Below, piece after piece: positions 63,290 to 64,000 of a DNA stretch of 64,000 nucleotides. The notes beneath the pieces are model-generated. The model was given only the letters and a program-made list of their open reading frames with translations. It did not search any database and was not told the origin of the DNA. The DNA is from Somniosus microcephalus (lineage: Eukaryota). A program made the translations under genes and the position numbers. The DNA lies in assembly GCA_052327205.1 (NCBI GenBank), contig CM126220.1, forward strand, positions 51,894,001 through 51,958,000, written 5' to 3'. Position 1 is the first letter of the stretch. Every line of letters begins with the position of its first letter.

Positions 63290-63547
63290 CTACAGGTGTT
63301 TTTTTCTGATGAGCATGAGGATCGCTGTGACATGGACGAGCGTGCAAATGGTGTAAAGGTGCCTGTTGCTGACGTTAGTATGGATTCTGTTCCTGTCGGC
63401 GGCTTTCCTCTGTGCCCTTTCTTGCAAATGGTCCCCTATAAGCCTCAACCTTCTGGCGACCTCCTGCACTTCGGAGCAGCGTTCCCCCGGCCGGCCGGAG
63501 GCGCACACACACACCGTCCTGTCCACATCGTCTGCTTGCTGACACAT
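63290..63547 (-). CDS. HRK: BH3-only pro-apoptotic protein, HRK/harakiri (DP5) orthologue, 85 aa, single coding exon
   Basis: MC..VCVCASGRPG resembles recalled human MCPC..VCACSAGRLG; BH3 VARRLRLIGDHLQ (LxxxGD); C-terminal hydrophobic helix followed by RKKHL; convergent with RNFT2 as in mammals. Confidence 0.88.
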   Translation of the reverse strand: MCQQADDVDRTVCVCASGRPGERCSEVQEVARRLRLIGDHLQERAQRKAADRNRIHTNVSNRHLYTICTLVHVTAILMLIRKKHL

Positions 63548-63604
63548 TGCTAACCAACTGCAGCCACCGAAAACCTCAAAAGTCAGTGCCTCTGTCGTTA
63601 GGAG

Positions 63605-63665
63605 CTCTATTATTAATTAAAGCTGCCTCCAAGTGTCACATGGCGTTCCGAGGGATTTACATCAT
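63605..63665 (-). promoter_or_regulatory. HRK proximal promoter (ATF site, E-box, TATA-like box)
   Basis: Minus strand TGATGTAA (63657-63664), CATGTG (63637-63642) and TTAATTAATAATA (63608-63620), 60-120 nt upstream of the ATG. Confidence 0.7.
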
Positions 63666-64000
63666 CTCTCCCCCCCACCCCCCCCCCCCCGCGTTCAGTT
63701 TGTGTTGGAAGGTAATTCTTAACCGTTTAGTTGCTGGAGCTATTAGACAGTTGTTTCTCACGGCTTCCAGAGATTGCATGGCAGGTGTACTTTTTCCTGC
63801 AGTGAAAAACATTTATTTTTCTTTCTGTCCTAGAGTTTTTATTTATTTATTCATTCACGGGATGTGGGGATGGTTGAATTCAGAGGTGGAGCCTCTTAAA
63901 CATAGTCGGGAAAAGAAAGGCATTACTTGCAATTGTGGGATTTGGAAGCAGGGGACATATACCGTGCCAAACAAACTAAGGCTGGTGTGCGAGCAGATTC

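Overview
Eukaryotic vertebrate genomic DNA, most likely a cartilaginous fish (inferred from DeuSINE/SacSINE-type SINEs and abundant CR1/L2 LINEs). Three host genes lie in the same order as in mammals. SPRING1/C12orf49 coding exon 1 is on the minus strand (23454-23564), and its first intron appears to run off the left end of the window. RNFT2 is on the plus strand, with nine coding exons at 24375-61324, head-to-head with SPRING1. An 85-aa BH3-only, tail-anchored ORF at 63290-63547 (minus) looks like HRK/harakiri and has a recognisable ATF-site/E-box/TATA promoter. The SPRING1 intron holds an intact Ty3/Gypsy pol with a YLDN reverse transcriptase, a Gypsy nested in a related Gypsy that is itself inside a CR1, and a G-rich 33-bp minisatellite made of about 28 extra copies of the SPRING1 exon-1 splice donor. 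RNFT2 introns hold CR1/L2 fragments, SINEs, deleted Harbinger elements with Myb/SANT remnants, MITEs, a CRE-rich solo LTR and degenerate Penelope-type hammerhead motifs. Coordinates were counted by eye, repeat boundaries are approximate, and homology calls rest on recalled sequences rather than database searches.
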